Assembly: GCF_001194135.2 (NCBI RefSeq)
Contig: NC_068989.1
Span: 20,712,630-20,765,216 of the forward strand
DNA from: Octopus bimaculoides
Taxonomy: Eukaryota
Length of the DNA stretch: 52,587 bases
Reading direction: 5' to 3'
Positions 11,242-24,344 of this stretch are shown piece after piece (the stretch's first letter is position 1; each line of letters begins with the position of its first letter). Made by a program: the position numbers and the translations under genes. Below the pieces are notes generated by a model that was given only the letters and a program-made list of their open reading frames with translations, was not told where the DNA came from and did not search any database.

Positions 11242-12491
11242 TAGGTCATCCGATAAGTAACATTCGGACTTCTATATTTTCAATTTGTAAACGCTTTAAC
11301 AATATTTTAGAGTGTCTAATGGCATCAAGTAATATTTATATGTATTTGGACATATTTAAACTAATCAAATTTTATCTTGTAGGATAATCTAATTGAAATT
11401 TCGCTAATTAAAGCTCTTCAAACAAAAGGAGCATTTAAGGCACATACTGCTTTATGAGTTTAAAAAAGGGAACTCTGCAGCTGAAACGTATCAGCTCATG
11501 GAGAAGAATACCTGAATGAAAGAACTTGCAGAAGTTGATTTGTAAAATTCAGAAGTGGAGATTTCAGCCTTGAAAATGAGGCCCGGACAGGACGTCCAAT
11601 TTTATGACAAATTCCTTTCGACAGAACTTGAAAAAGATCATGCAGTTTCAGTTGAAGAATTGGCAAGCAAGCTTCATTTAAGCCATACAGCTGTTCACCA
11701 ACATCTTCAACAGCTCGGAAAGATCCCCAAACTCGGAAAATGGGTGCCTCATGATTTGTCTGAAGCCAACTGCAAAATCCCGAGTGGACATCTGCTCTTC
11801 TCTTCGTTCTCATGAACCTGTTTCACCTTTTTTGGACAGATTGATGACCGGTGATGAAAAACGGGTCTTATATCAAAATGTTAAGCGTCGTAGACATTGG
11901 CTTGGTGAAGGGGAAAAGGCCCAACCACAACCTCAAAGAGAACTCCATGCGAAGAAGCTTTTTCTCTCTGTTTAGTGGGATTGCAAACGAGTCATCCACT
12001 TTGGCTACCAACTAATGCAACAATCAGTGCTCTTATTAGAGCGTTTGAGTGCTACTTTGAAGAATAAAAGGCCTGCTTTAGTGAATCGAAAGGGAGTGAA
12101 TATTTCATCAGGATAATGCAGGACCCCACCACACTGCAAAGATCATGTCATAGAAGATCAAGGAATTCGGTTGGGAGAAAATTGCTCGTCCACCTTATTC
12201 CTCAGATCATGCTCGTTCAGATTACCACTTATTCCTTAGTTTGCAGAATCATTTGGATAGATTAACTCTCAAAATAATTGAGAAGTCGAAACTGACCTTT
12301 TAGTGTTCTTCTCTTCGAAACTGAACGAGTATAGTTTTCATTAATAGGATTAAAAAGGTTACGAGTCGATGGGAAGATGTCATAGATAATCATAGAAATT
12401 ATTTTGACGATTAAGTTTCATTGGAATGTCCGATTTGATCATTTGTTTTCCTTATTTAAAATCCGTACCTTACTTATGGGATGACTTGATA
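11242..12491 (+). mobile_element. Near full-length decayed mariner transposon (Mos1/Hsmar1-like)
   Basis: Imperfect TIRs taggtcatccgataagtaacattcgga / tccgtaccttacttatgggatgacttgata; KEHLRHILLYEFKKG, WVPHDL, TGDEK, QDNARPH, HPPYS; many frameshifts. Confidence 0.9.
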
Positions 12492-12518
12492 AATGTTTGT
12501 CCGTGTGTGTGTGTTTGT

Positions 12519-12562
<44 letters not shown>

Positions 12563-12831
12563 CTATGTACGTATATAAACATGCATATATGACATATACA
12601 TACATACATATATATATAATACAAATGATATATAAGCATGTATACACACATATATGTACCTACTTACATCCACTTGTGTATATAGATACATATTCGGGTA
12701 CAGGACGTTAGAAATTATTTTGACGATTAAGTTTCATTAGAATGTCCGATTTGATCATTTGTTTTCCTTATTTAAAATCCGTACATTACTTATGGGATGA
12801 CTTGATAAATGTTTGTCCGTGTGTGTGTGTT

Positions 12832-12890
<59 letters not shown>

Positions 12891-13042
12891 CTATGTACGT
12901 ATATAAACATGCATATATGACATATACATACATACATATATATATAATACAAATGATATATAAGCATGTATACACACATATATGTACCTACTTACATCCA
13001 CCTGTGTATATAGATACATATTCGGGTACAGGACGTTAGAAA
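12393..13042 (+). repeat. Two-copy tandem duplication (periods 316 and 328 bp) including the mariner 3' TIR
   Basis: Units start at 12393 and 12709; tagaaa at 12393, 12709 and 13037; three substitutions and different (GT)n lengths. Confidence 0.9.
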
Positions 13043-14953
13043 AATGAACTACAGACAACGGAACGAACACATAGGAAAACAAATAGCCACTTGGAATTAT
13101 CCCTTCATCAGCTGCCTCTATTCTAAACTAGGCGTTTCGAAGATAAGTATATATGTATAAGTGTGTATATGTGTGCCTTAAAATATATATATATATATAT
13201 ATANNNNNNNNNNNNNNNNNNNNNNNNNNNNNNNNNNNNNNNNNNNNNNNNNNNNNNNNNNNNNNNNNNNNNNNNNNNNNNNNNNNNNNNNNNNNNNNNN
13301 NNNNNNNNNNNNNNNNNNNNNNNNNNNNNNNNNNNNNNNNNNNNNNNNNNNNNNNNNNNNNNNNNNNNNNNNNNNNNNNNNNNNNNNNNNNNNNNNNNNN
13401 NNNNNNNNNNNNNNNNNNNNNNNNNNNNNNNNNNNNNNNNNNNNNNNNNNATATATATACATATATATACGTATATATATATATGTATATATGTAAGCGT
13501 GAGGGCTGAATAGAAACTAAAACAATAAATTGCTTTATATAGGTATTATTTGGGTTTTGAAGTATATATATACAATGTATTTTACTATGTCCATATGGTT
13601 TCGTTTTCCGTTTTGTTTTATAAGTATCGATAAATATATGTATGTAAGCAAAGAAATAATGGTGTATATATGTAGATATAGTTTCTTTATCTTATTTAAT
13701 TTGTTGTTTAGGCTCATTGTTAGTATGTGGGGCATTTCGTTTGTATTGTATTACTTTTTTTGTTGTATTTAAATGGTTTTGTTGTTGACCGTATCGAATT
13801 GATTTTGTTTTTCGTTTTGCTTCTATAAACGGAAAAGTAGTTATCTTCCTTTCGTTCTAATAGTCAAATTAAAAATATTTAAATTTGAATTACTATATAT
13901 AATGTAATGTATTAAGATAAATAGATACATGTGTGTATGAATCTGTATATACGTACATGTGTGTGTTCGTATGTATACATAAATGATAGGTGTATGTGTA
14001 TATATATAAGTATGTATAAATATGTGTATAGATAAACGTCTCTATTGTGCAAATAAATCTGTTACAGAACGGAATAGTTATAGATTTAAATTCATGAATT
14101 TACAAAATTTCAGTTAGATTATTTACTTATTTATGATTAAGCTCGCTCTTATATAGCGTCTTCGTAATAATTTAGAAATTATAAATATTTTCATTTGATA
14201 TTTTTCGTCAAATATTTAAGAAAATATGTCTATCTAATAAAACATCAACACATATTTAAACGAATTTAAACGTTTTATTAACGAAGCGGAAACAGCTGTA
14301 ATTTATGAGATGTGTCATTTGTTTGTTTAAAATATTTAAATTGAATTGAAATAATTGTTCAATTTATTGTTTTGTTTTCCATTTCTGATGTATATACATA
14401 TACATATACATATATATACATATATATATATATAAACATAATTAAGGGATCAGCAAACATAAGAACTTTTAAATAAGTTCTCCACCGATAATGGTGTTTA
14501 CATACCGAAGGGCTTGGTAAAAATTATTAATTGTTGATTTATTAATAAATTAATAAATTGATAAACCTTTACCCTTTTAATTGTAATATANNNNNNNNNN
14601 NNNNNNNNNNNNNNNNNNNNNNNNNNNNNNNNNNNNNNNNNNNNNNNNNNNNNNNNNNNNNNNNNNNNNNNNNNNNNNNNNNNNNNNNNNNNNNNNNNNN
14701 NNNNNNNNNNNNNNNNNNNNNNNNNNNNNNNNNNNNNNNNNNNNNNNNNNNNNNNNNNNNNNNNNNNNNNNNNNNNNNNNNNNNNNNNNNNNNNNNNNNN
14801 NNNNNNNNNNNNNNNNNNNNNNNNNNNNNNNNNNNNNNNNNNNNNNNNNNNNNNNNNNNNNNNNNNNNNNNNNNNNNNNNNNNNNNNNNNNNNNNNNNNN
14901 NNNNNNNNNNNNNNNNNNNNNNNNNNNNNNNNNNNNNNNNNNGAAGTCCGTCG

Positions 14954-14996
<43 letters not shown>

Positions 14997-15002
14997 CTGT
15001 GT

Positions 15003-15198
15003 CCCCCCCCCCAACATCGCTTGACAACCGATGCAGGTGTGTTTACGTCCCCGTAACTTAGCGGTTCGGCAAAAGAGGCCGATAGAATAAGTACTAGGCA
15101 TCCAAAGTATAAGTCCTGGGGTCGATTTTCTCGACTAAAAGGCGGTGCTCCAGCATGGCCGCAGTCAAATGACTGAAACAAGTAAAGAGAAAAAAGAG
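15003..15198 (+). mobile_element. SINE family B
   Basis: catcgcttgacaaccgatgcaggtgtgtttacgtccccgtaacttagcggttcggc...cagtcaaatgactgaaacaagtaaa; recurs at 31612, 33463, 34022, 44327 and 45765. Confidence 0.85.
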
Positions 15199-15204
15199 AA
15201 AGAT

Positions 15205-15730
15205 TATCCTGGAGGATATCATCTTCCACCACGGCCAGATGACGGCTTTGGAACTGCGTCGTTGGGAACATCTTTGAACACCTCTTTGAATTTAGTCGTC
15301 AGGTCGGCCTTGTTGTTACAGTCAGAGCGGTTGGTGCTTTTCTCAACCACGCTTCACATGTAGTATTTCATGGGATTACAATTGTGTGAATTAGGGGGCC
15401 AGTAATTGGGAATTGTGAAGTCGTAGAAATTCTCCGAATACCACATCTAACTCTTTCCACGGGTGTGGTAAGAAGCCAAATCCTATTGTCAAACATATAG
15501 ACTTCCAGCAACCCTCTTCAGTCAAGGATTGACATCAATCTTCAGCAGCTGCACAGAGCCGTATTAATTGAGCTAAAGGCTCTGTAGGGACTGCTTCTGG
15601 CGTGGAGATGCAGTGAGAACGCCTGCTGTATTCATTTCTGATGGTCACAGCTTTGTAGTTCACGTTGCTGCTGTCCATGTCACGTCTTATAGCTTTTACA
15701 GAGTTCACAGACAATTGAGTGGCAGTTATT
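15205..15730 (-). mobile_element. maT/Bmmar1-like (Tc1/mariner) transposase C-terminal relic
   Basis: Minus strand HTRGKS*MWYSENFYDFTIPNYWPPNSHNCNPMKYYM*SVVEKSTNRS, matching the WPPNSPDxNPLDYxVW motif. Confidence 0.7.
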
Positions 15731-16945
15731 TTGCCAGGTCAGCAAAAATAATTTATTTTGCTAAAATAGCTTGAAATCATGATACGGAAAATAGATTGGT
15801 AAATGTTTTTATTTTTCATTCCCTTTTGAAATTAACCCTAATTTTGTGGTATAGAGTTTTTGCTGCTCTTTCTAGCGGGTTAGATGTCCTATTATAGGCA
15901 TCTCTGTATTTTAAATGAATAATATATAGTCTATTGACTAAATTTTTCTTCTCGCTAGACCGCTGGTAGTAAATGAAATTTCAAAAAACTTTTTTGCTAC
16001 CCTATGATTTATTAATAATGATAAAATATAATTTGGCTAATTTCTTAAAGAAAATCGGCATTTTTTGTATTTGCTGCCGATTAGGTAAACCGTACATGCG
16101 CGGTAAATTTTGAAAAATTAAGCATATAAGCATAAGTCATGTTTCCTATGTTTGCCTCGTGTTTATATGCTACATCTAGGTTATTCCGCTGAAGATNNNN
16201 NNNNNNNNNNNNNNNNNNNNNNNNNNNNNNNNNNNNNNNNNNNNNNNNNNNNNNNNNNNNNNNNNNNNNNNNNNNNNNNNNNNNNNNNNNNNNNNNNNNN
16301 NNNNNNNNNNNNNNNNNNNNNNNNNNNNNNNNNNNNNNNNNNNNNNNNNNNNNNNNNNNNNNNNNNNNNNNNNNNNNNNNNNNNNNNNNNNNNNNNNNNN
16401 NNNNNNNNNNNNNNNNNNNNNNNNNNNNNNNNNNNNNNNNNNNNNNNNNNNNNNNNNNNNNNNNNNNNNNNNNNNNNNNNNNNNNNNNNNNNNNNNNNNN
16501 NNNNNNNNNNNNNNNNNNNNNNNNNNNNNNNNNNNNNNNNNNNNNNNNNNNNNNNNNNNNNTATGGTTTTCGCATATCCCTTGGTCAATGGCATATAAAT
16601 GGTTGTAGGGATATGTTTAAATAAGACTGTGAAAGATAAGATAGAAATTTGATATAGAATCAAATCTAGGAAGTTGTTAAAAGTGGGTGGAGATGAGATT
16701 CAGATAGTAGGAAAAGAGGAGACAGATGTAATTAATAAGATGAAAAAGGAAATATTGAAAGTGCTGCGAAAAGGAAGGAGAAAAAAAAAGAAAAAAAAGG
16801 TAATTCTATCATCTTGGTGTTTTCCATCCATTCTTTCTACCTTTCCTAAGACTTGTCTTTCTGTTAATCTTTCTGTCTCTACTTTGTTCACTCACTCACT
16901 CACTCACTCACTCACAACTCACTCATTCATTCTCTCTCTCTCTCC

Positions 16946-16993
<48 letters not shown>

Positions 16994-17686
16994 CACACGT
17001 ATATACATACAGTGTTTTTCACTCTCTCTGCCTCTCTCCATCTCCCTCTCTCTCTNNNNNNNNNNNNNNNNNNNNNNNNNNNNNNNNNNNNNNNNNNNNN
17101 NNNNNNNNNNNNNNNNNNNNNNNNNNNNNNNNNNNNNNNNNNNNNNNNNNNNNNNNNNNNNNNNNNNNNNNNNNNNNNNNNNNNNNNNNNNNNNNNNNNN
17201 NNNNNNNNNNNNNNNNNNNNNNNNNNNNNNNNNNNNNNNNNNNNNNNNNNNNNNNNNNNNNNNNNNNNNNNNNNNNNNNNNNNNNNNNNNNNNNNNNNNN
17301 NNNNNNNNNNNNNNNNNNNNNNNNNNNNNNNNNNNNNNNNNNNNNNNNNNNNNNNNNNNNNNNNNNNNNNNNNNNNNNNNNNNNNNNNNNNNNNNNNNNN
17401 NNNNNNNNNNNNNNNNNNNNNNNNNNNNNNNNNNNNNNNNNNNNNNNNNNNNNNNNNNNNNNNNNNNNNNNNNNNNNNNNNNNNNNNNNNNNNNNNNNNN
17501 NNNNNNNNNNNNNNNNNNNNNNNNNNNNNNNNNNNNNNNNNNNNNNNNNNNNNNNNNNNNNNNNNNNNNNNNNNNNNNNNNNNNNNNNNNNNNNNNNNNN
17601 NNNNNNNNNNNNNNNNNNNNNNNNNNNNNNNNNNNNNNNNNNNNNNNNNNNNNNNNNNNNNNNNNNNNNNNNNNNNNNNNNNNNNN

Positions 17687-19423
17687 CTGTGGGTAAATAT
17701 TTTTGCATGAAATATGTGATAAAATTGAAAATTTGTTTCGTGGGATTTAATAACTTGCAGGTTTACATTTTATTTTTTTGATAAGAATTTTTTTTTTTCC
17801 ATTATAAAGTGCCTGAAAAGTGGTTTGACATTTCCTAATAGTTTCATGGCCTAGAAATTAAAACAAAAGACTATACTTTTCATAGTTGAACATGTACTTG
17901 CTTTTAAAAATAAGTATAAACTTTCCTAGTTCTATTTACCTAACCCCACCTAAAAGAAAAAGCAAAAAAAAAAGGCAAAACAAACAGAAAACTAATATAT
18001 GTTGTTCCATAAACAAGATAATTGGTTAAAAGTTAAGGATCTCGAACCGAACACATCGTGAACTTTAATTTACTTCTCCAAGGTTTCGCAATCAAAATTT
18101 TGCCAAATATCCTTTTTGATGACCTTATTTCCATATCACAATAACAGAGTAGATAACAGTAATGAGGTAGACACTAAATATTCCAGCATATAATTCCATA
18201 CCTCATCAGTCTATTAAATAGTACAAGTGTACTGGAATTAATCCATACAACTGCGCCCCGTTTTGTGGCATAATGCTAAACTGATAATTAGGTTAATGGA
18301 TTCCATTCTCAACTGTTTATATATTTACTATGTTAACTTGGGAATAAAAACTATGTTTACTTTGGAATGAAAGCCTTAGATTTATGGGGAACTGACTTTG
18401 TATGACGTTGTTCTTCTCCCAAGTGACATACTAACATTATTTCTCGACAGCGCGATTTTTGGAGGTTCGATCTCTCTACCTGGCATCTTGTTTAAGTGTC
18501 TACTACTTTGTATCATAGTCTCGAGTCGACCAATGTCGTGTAAAATTTGATTGAGGAGACTGTGTCTACATGGAAACTTGCTGGTCCTGTTCTTATGTGA
18601 TAGACCTAATCTCTTGTCCGGTTCATCACCCTCAGCAGGCTCTTTCACTTGTATTGCTAGCATTCTTGGACGTGTTTTCAAGTGTATGGGTAAGGAAAAC
18701 TATTGTTTTCCTTCTACCCAGCAGTCTGAAATCACTGAAAGTGTTTAAGTGTATTTGAATTTCGGGATGTATCTTGCTACAAGATTACTTTTATTTACCA
18801 AAACTCTAAATTAACAAAGCTGTCAAGTGGACTTTGATAATACTTATTTCTTTTTCAACAACTTCAGAGGTTCAATTAAAGTGTGATGACTTCAATCACG
18901 TATTGAACCCAAATCAGATTGTGCTCCATCAAAGAGTCACGTTTTACACAAGCAACTAACGCAGTTTCGATTCGCAGATGACGTTGCATTCATTGCTGAA
19001 ACCACAGCTCAGCTACAGACCATGCAAACCATGCAGAGTTGTACACTCTGAGCTTAACTGTAGGTCTTAAAATAAAATAACTCCTATATGCACAAGGCCT
19101 GGATCTTTGTGATGAGGGGAACAATTGATCACAACGACGCCGGTACTTGATTAGTGGTTAATTTATCGAACCCTAAAGGATGAAAAGCAAAGTCGACCTC
19201 GGCGGAATTTGAACTCAGAACGCAGCGACGGGTAAAATACCGCTAAGCATTTTGACCGACGTGCTAACGATTCTGCCAGCTTGCCGCCCTGGGACGCTAT
19301 GAAATCAAGGAGGTAAAGGAGCACGTCTACTTAAATCACACAGTGAATATGCTACGAGATATGGATGCTAAAATCTGGAAAAGATTGAGGGCAGGATGGA
19401 AGGCCTTCAACTCAATAAAAGAT
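17687..19423 (+). repeat. Left arm of a dispersed inverted duplication (partner 40676-42538)
   Basis: Reverse complement aligns throughout, roughly 85-95% locally, including the same SINE-in-RTE nesting; outer end hidden by gap 17056-17686. Confidence 0.92.
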
Positions 19424-19800
19424 GAGCTTCAAACAAAGCTAGACAATGGCATACTTGCCAAACTCTATATTAGCAACGTCCTACCTCCGCTCTTGTGTAA
19501 GACGTGGGTTATTACGAAGAGGACAGAATATTAATTGGCTGCAACTCAAAAGGCTATGGAAAGATCCATGCTAGGAATTCTACAAAGAGAACGGAGCGGC
19601 GTGAACGATATAATCACAGAGCACCGTAAGCAGAACTTCCGCTGGGGCGGACATGCTGCAAGATTCACAGACAGCAGGTTGACCCTTGCTGTTGCCGAGT
19701 CCTAGAGGTCAGAAAAGGCTACTTGACGACAGAAAGACGATTTAGTCAACCAATTTGGGTCAAGATGGAAAAGAATGGCGCAATTAAGATAAAATTGGAA
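18950..19800 (+). mobile_element. RTE-clade LINE RT relic interrupted by a minus-strand SINE A (19093-19289)
   Basis: KQLTQFRFADDVAFIAET...; after the SINE: EVKEHVYL...RLRAGWKAFNSIKD...AMERSMLGI...RWGGHAAR. Confidence 0.85.
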
Positions 19801-19909
19801 GTGCATTGTGACCAGCGATGCATAACTGAATTTGATGGTCTGGTCGATAACTTGATGCTGTAATACTGTGATACACACACACGTTCACACACACATATGC
19901 ATACACACA

Positions 19910-20498
19910 CAGCGGGTACGATGGTTAAATTGTCATCATTTTATATTTTTAATTTCATGCATGAGCATTGTTTGTTTTTAATTTGACGACTAGACTACAC
20001 AGCATAGTGGGGTCAGTTGGGCATCATCTGTGAGAAAAACAGCACCATGACGCAATTCACTCTGCCAGAAATTTGAAAGCAACATGCTGTCAACACGGAG
20101 TCATCGTGAAGTCAAGAAGAGAACCCAGCCATGACTGTCAAACAATTTCTGCGACCTCATCTCTCCAAACATCTGGCTACCTAACTCCCCAGAATACAAC
20201 CCTCTTGATTATTATGTGGTGGGCGTTGTTGAGGGAGAGATCAACAAAACTCCTTGTAACACCAAAGATGAACCAAAGGCAAGTATTATGGCAGCATTGA
20301 CCAACTTAAACAAGAGGACCGTCCACAAGGGTTGCAGGAGATTCCGTGGTTGAAGCCAATGGCAATTTTATTGAATAAATGTAGTGTTTGGTGTTTCAAG
20401 ATACTTCTTTGTAATTTTGGTAAATATATCTATTAAAATGAGTTGTCAGAGTTATTTTCCTTTTTGCGTAATTTAGACAACAATCTATTCACCGCATC

Positions 20499-20503
<5 letters not shown>
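19910..20503 (+). mobile_element. Internally deleted maT/Bmmar1-like element
   Basis: Imperfect TIRs cagcgggtacgatgg / accgcatcctctg; PNIWLPNSPEYNPLDYY..GVVEGEINKTP...EANGNFIE*. Confidence 0.75.
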
Positions 20504-20538
<35 letters not shown>

Positions 20539-21063
20539 NNNNNNNNNNNNNNNNNNNNNNNNNNNNNNNNNNNNNNNNNNNNNNNNNNNNNNNNNNNNNN
20601 NNNNNNNNNNNNNNNNNNNNNNNNNNNNNNNNNNNNNNNNNNNNNNNNNNNNNNNNNNNNNNNNNNNNNNNNNNNNNNNNNNNNNNNNNNNNNNNAATTT
20701 GAGTGATTCATAATGGATTACTTCATAGAAAATCTGATAACAGATATAACCAAATAGATAGTGAGAGGATAATAGAAATAGAGTAAAAATACAATGAAAG
20801 TATAATTAACGTAATTAAAATAATTGACAGCAGAACTGAAAGAAAAATTCTACAAAATACACATTGAAAAGCAACAATGTACCCACCCCACGCAAAAAGA
20901 AACCCCGGAAATATATCACGAAATTGCAAAAAAATATACTTTAAAACTTAAATTTTCTCACTAAGATTTATGTTTTTGGTTTCAAATTTTCGTATTTTAC
21001 ATATTAATATTCCGTATGTATCTGTGTATATGTGTGCATGTATGTGTGTGTATTTATGTGTGC

Positions 21064-21094
<31 letters not shown>

Positions 21095-22084
21095 TGATGT
21101 CCGTTTATTGGTCTATTGTTTGAACCAACTTTCCGCTAAGGAAAGTTTGACCTTATATGAAACTGTTGTCAACGTTATTTGGTTAATATTTTTGGATATT
21201 GTATTGATTGGTTAATTTTTTATTATATTGTATTAAAATTAACATACATCTACATTTTCTTCACGTAGTGGTCTCTTCGCTTTTCAGCATGGCAAGCGAA
21301 GGGACCATCACGCGAAGAAAAAAGAACTACACGCAACGCGACAGAAATTGTAAAAGAAAAAAACCCTTCTTCCTTACTCTGTTCCTTTTTATTCTTTCTC
21401 TTGCCCACGTATTCTATAAAAACTTAAAACAATATAACCGAACTTTCAATCATGTACATTTGTTACAATCTACGCTGAACATTTATTGATATTATCCGTG
21501 AAACTCATTGAAATTTATGTGAACAGTTGAACATTTGATCGTTTAAACATGTTTGTTCGTACTTCTTAACTATGTTAAACCCCTCTTGTTTTATATATAT
21601 ATTTGTACCGTTGATAAACAAGATATTGTTGAAACTTGTTTGGTATACATGTAAATAAATCTATTTAAAAACTACGACACGTTTTTGAAATTTAGGTGCA
21701 CTTTCAAAATGCAACACACACACACACGCACACACACACACACGCACACACACATGCACGCACACACGCGCGCACACACGCGCGCACACACACACATAAG
21801 ATTAAGCGGAGCAGGAAGACACACGTGGACGGAGAAGGTCGTTGTAGAAGTCACAGATGTGTGACGAAAGATTTCCCGACTATAGACAAAAGATAAAATA
21901 AGAACAGTAATAAACGAGTGGAGAACGAATGTATAGTGCGTGTGTTTATCTGGCAAAAAAAAAATGACCATCCCGACATAATATATATATATATATTTAT
22001 ATATGGTAGTCTCACATGTTTTGAGAAAGGGTTCTGCAGTTTCCTGCTAAACAAGAAAAATGATTGGTTTACAGTGATCAAATA

Positions 22085-23394
22085 TACGTTGTGGTGGGAG
22101 GCTGAAAACTTCATAGGCTGACTATGAAAGTGTAATGCTGGAGCTATGAAATCTTGCATGCATTAATTTCAGCTCTCCTTCTTAATAACTGCATTGTTTC
22201 TTTCCAGGTAAATTGATATCTGACTGTTCAAAGAAGACTTCAAAAGTAACTAGTACCAACTTCTCTCGAAAATGGACAAAATCTGGCAACGTTTTGTTAT
22301 TAAGTACCTGCAGAAAATGGCTTTATTCCTCAAGGACTTTTATGCTGACATGTTTTCTACTTTTTGGATGGATGACAGTCCAGATTTTTCAACAGTGCAA
22401 AAGAGGGTAGCTCAGTTTAAAATGGGAAGGGAGAGTCTTGAAGATGGTTCAAGACTTGAACGTCTTGCAACTGGAAAAACTGAACGTGTTCGCCACAGAG
22501 TGGCGGATGATAGGCGATTGTTTACAAATTAAACAGCTGATGCTATTAGCGTATTCCATGAGATAGTTAAGAATATTCTACACAATCAACTTGGTATGAC
22601 GAAGGTTTCTGCTCCGTGGGTGCCATATAGTCTGATATCTGATCAAAAACGGCATCATGCTGATGACCTCACAGGAAAATCTGACATTGTTTCAGGCAGA
22701 CCCAGCTGGTACGCTTCAACAGTTTCGTAACTCAGGATGAGTGTCCGCTTCATCACTTTGAGCAACAGACAAAGATACAATCTATGCAGTGGAAATACCC
22801 CTCCTCACTTGCTCCAAAGCAGGTCAAGGTCGTTTCATTTGCAGGGACGGTGATTGTCTCATATTTTAGGGATGCAAAAAGCATCGTGTATAAACACGAT
22901 GCTTCTTGCATCCCCCAAAACTATCTTCCAAAGAGTTACATCTTCAATGGAAAGTATTGTGCCATCTTGCTGAGGTAGTCACGAAAGGCTGCCAAGAGCA
23001 AACGTCCTGGAAAACTGACGAAAGAATTCTTGTTTCATGAGGACAATGCACCAGCACAAAAGATTTTGGTTTCAATGACTGATGTGTCAGACTGTGGCTT
23101 TGAATTGACTGATCACCCTTCCCATTCTCCTGATTCGGCCCCATTTGACTATCATATGTTCTCCAGTATGAAAAGGACTTGGCTGGGAACCAGTATCGCA
23201 GTGATGATGAGGTGAAATCTGCTGTTGACTTTTTTTTACCAACAGCTTTTTCACCAATGGAATCCAAGCACTGCAACACCAATAGAAGAAGTGTGTGGAC
23301 CGCAAAGGGGACTATATTGAAAAATAAAATTTATTTAGTTTATTTCATGAGAGTATCTTGGTCAGCCTATGAACTTTTCGGCCGACCCTCGTAT
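22085..23394 (+). mobile_element. Full-length decayed mariner, irritans/Hsmar2-like
   Basis: TIRs (gaggctgaaaacttcataggctgac / gtcagcctatgaacttttcggccgaccctcgta); LGMTKVSAPWVP, QSMQWK, EDNAPAQ, HPSHSPDSAPFDY. Confidence 0.9.
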
Positions 23395-23414
23395 ATGTTG
23401 CACATTAATTCAGT

Positions 23415-23580
23415 TCCACCGTTGCCTGAACTTGTGCAAGGCTGTACCACACTTGAGGCGTCAAAAGGATTGCAAAGCAACGTGAGAAGTTTTTGCTCAA
23501 GAACAGAAGGCACCACCCGGTCCAAGAATTGAAACCATGATCTCGTAGTCGTGAGTGCTACACCCTAACCACTAGGCCCT
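23415..23580 (-). mobile_element. tRNA-derived SINE of a further family
   Basis: Minus strand ggcctagtggttagggtgtagcactcacg...ggtttcaattcttggacc...gttcttgagcaaaaactt. Confidence 0.6.
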
Positions 23581-23616
23581 TGTACATTTGTATGTACGTA
23601 TATCTATCTATCTATA

Positions 23617-23672
<56 letters not shown>

Positions 23673-24344
23673 CATCTAATGTGTGTGTGAGCGCGCGCAT
23701 GTGTTTGAGAAGAAAAATCGATAAACATGCTGAAAATAAATTCAGAGGTATAATATTTATGCACAAACACACACACATGTATATACTTTTATACGACATG
23801 AAAAACATGAAAGTGCCGGTGGAATTTAAAGAAGCGCCTCCGCTTTTAAGCCATTGTCATATAACAAATCGACGCTTTCACGTTATGAGATATTAGAAAA
23901 GTGGTAATTATGGAAAGGTAACTTGAACGGACGGACTTAAAATATGAAGCACATAGAGAATCGTGTAAAGTACGATGTGTCTTTCATGCTACAAGTGTAC
24001 TTCCATGCTACAAGCGTGTTTGCTGGTGAGATATCATGGACTTGTTCTACTTGGCTTACACTAAATTTAAAGAAATCAGAACAGTTAATACTGAACAAGC
24101 GAAGGCAGCAGAAAATGCTTCATCGTGATTATACCAAATGCCCAATCAAATCTTAGAAGTTAAGAAAAAATACTCAGTAAGTAATAAGACAATTAATTTG
24201 AGGCATGGCTGCAGTGGTTCCAGTGGTTGTAGTTGCGTTCTGGGGAAATTTGCATCAATGACGGAGAGAAAGAGCGTGCTATGGTGAGGGTAAGAAGAAT
24301 CTGGGTAGTCCCTGCTAGTATCAATGCTACTCGGCACCATTACA

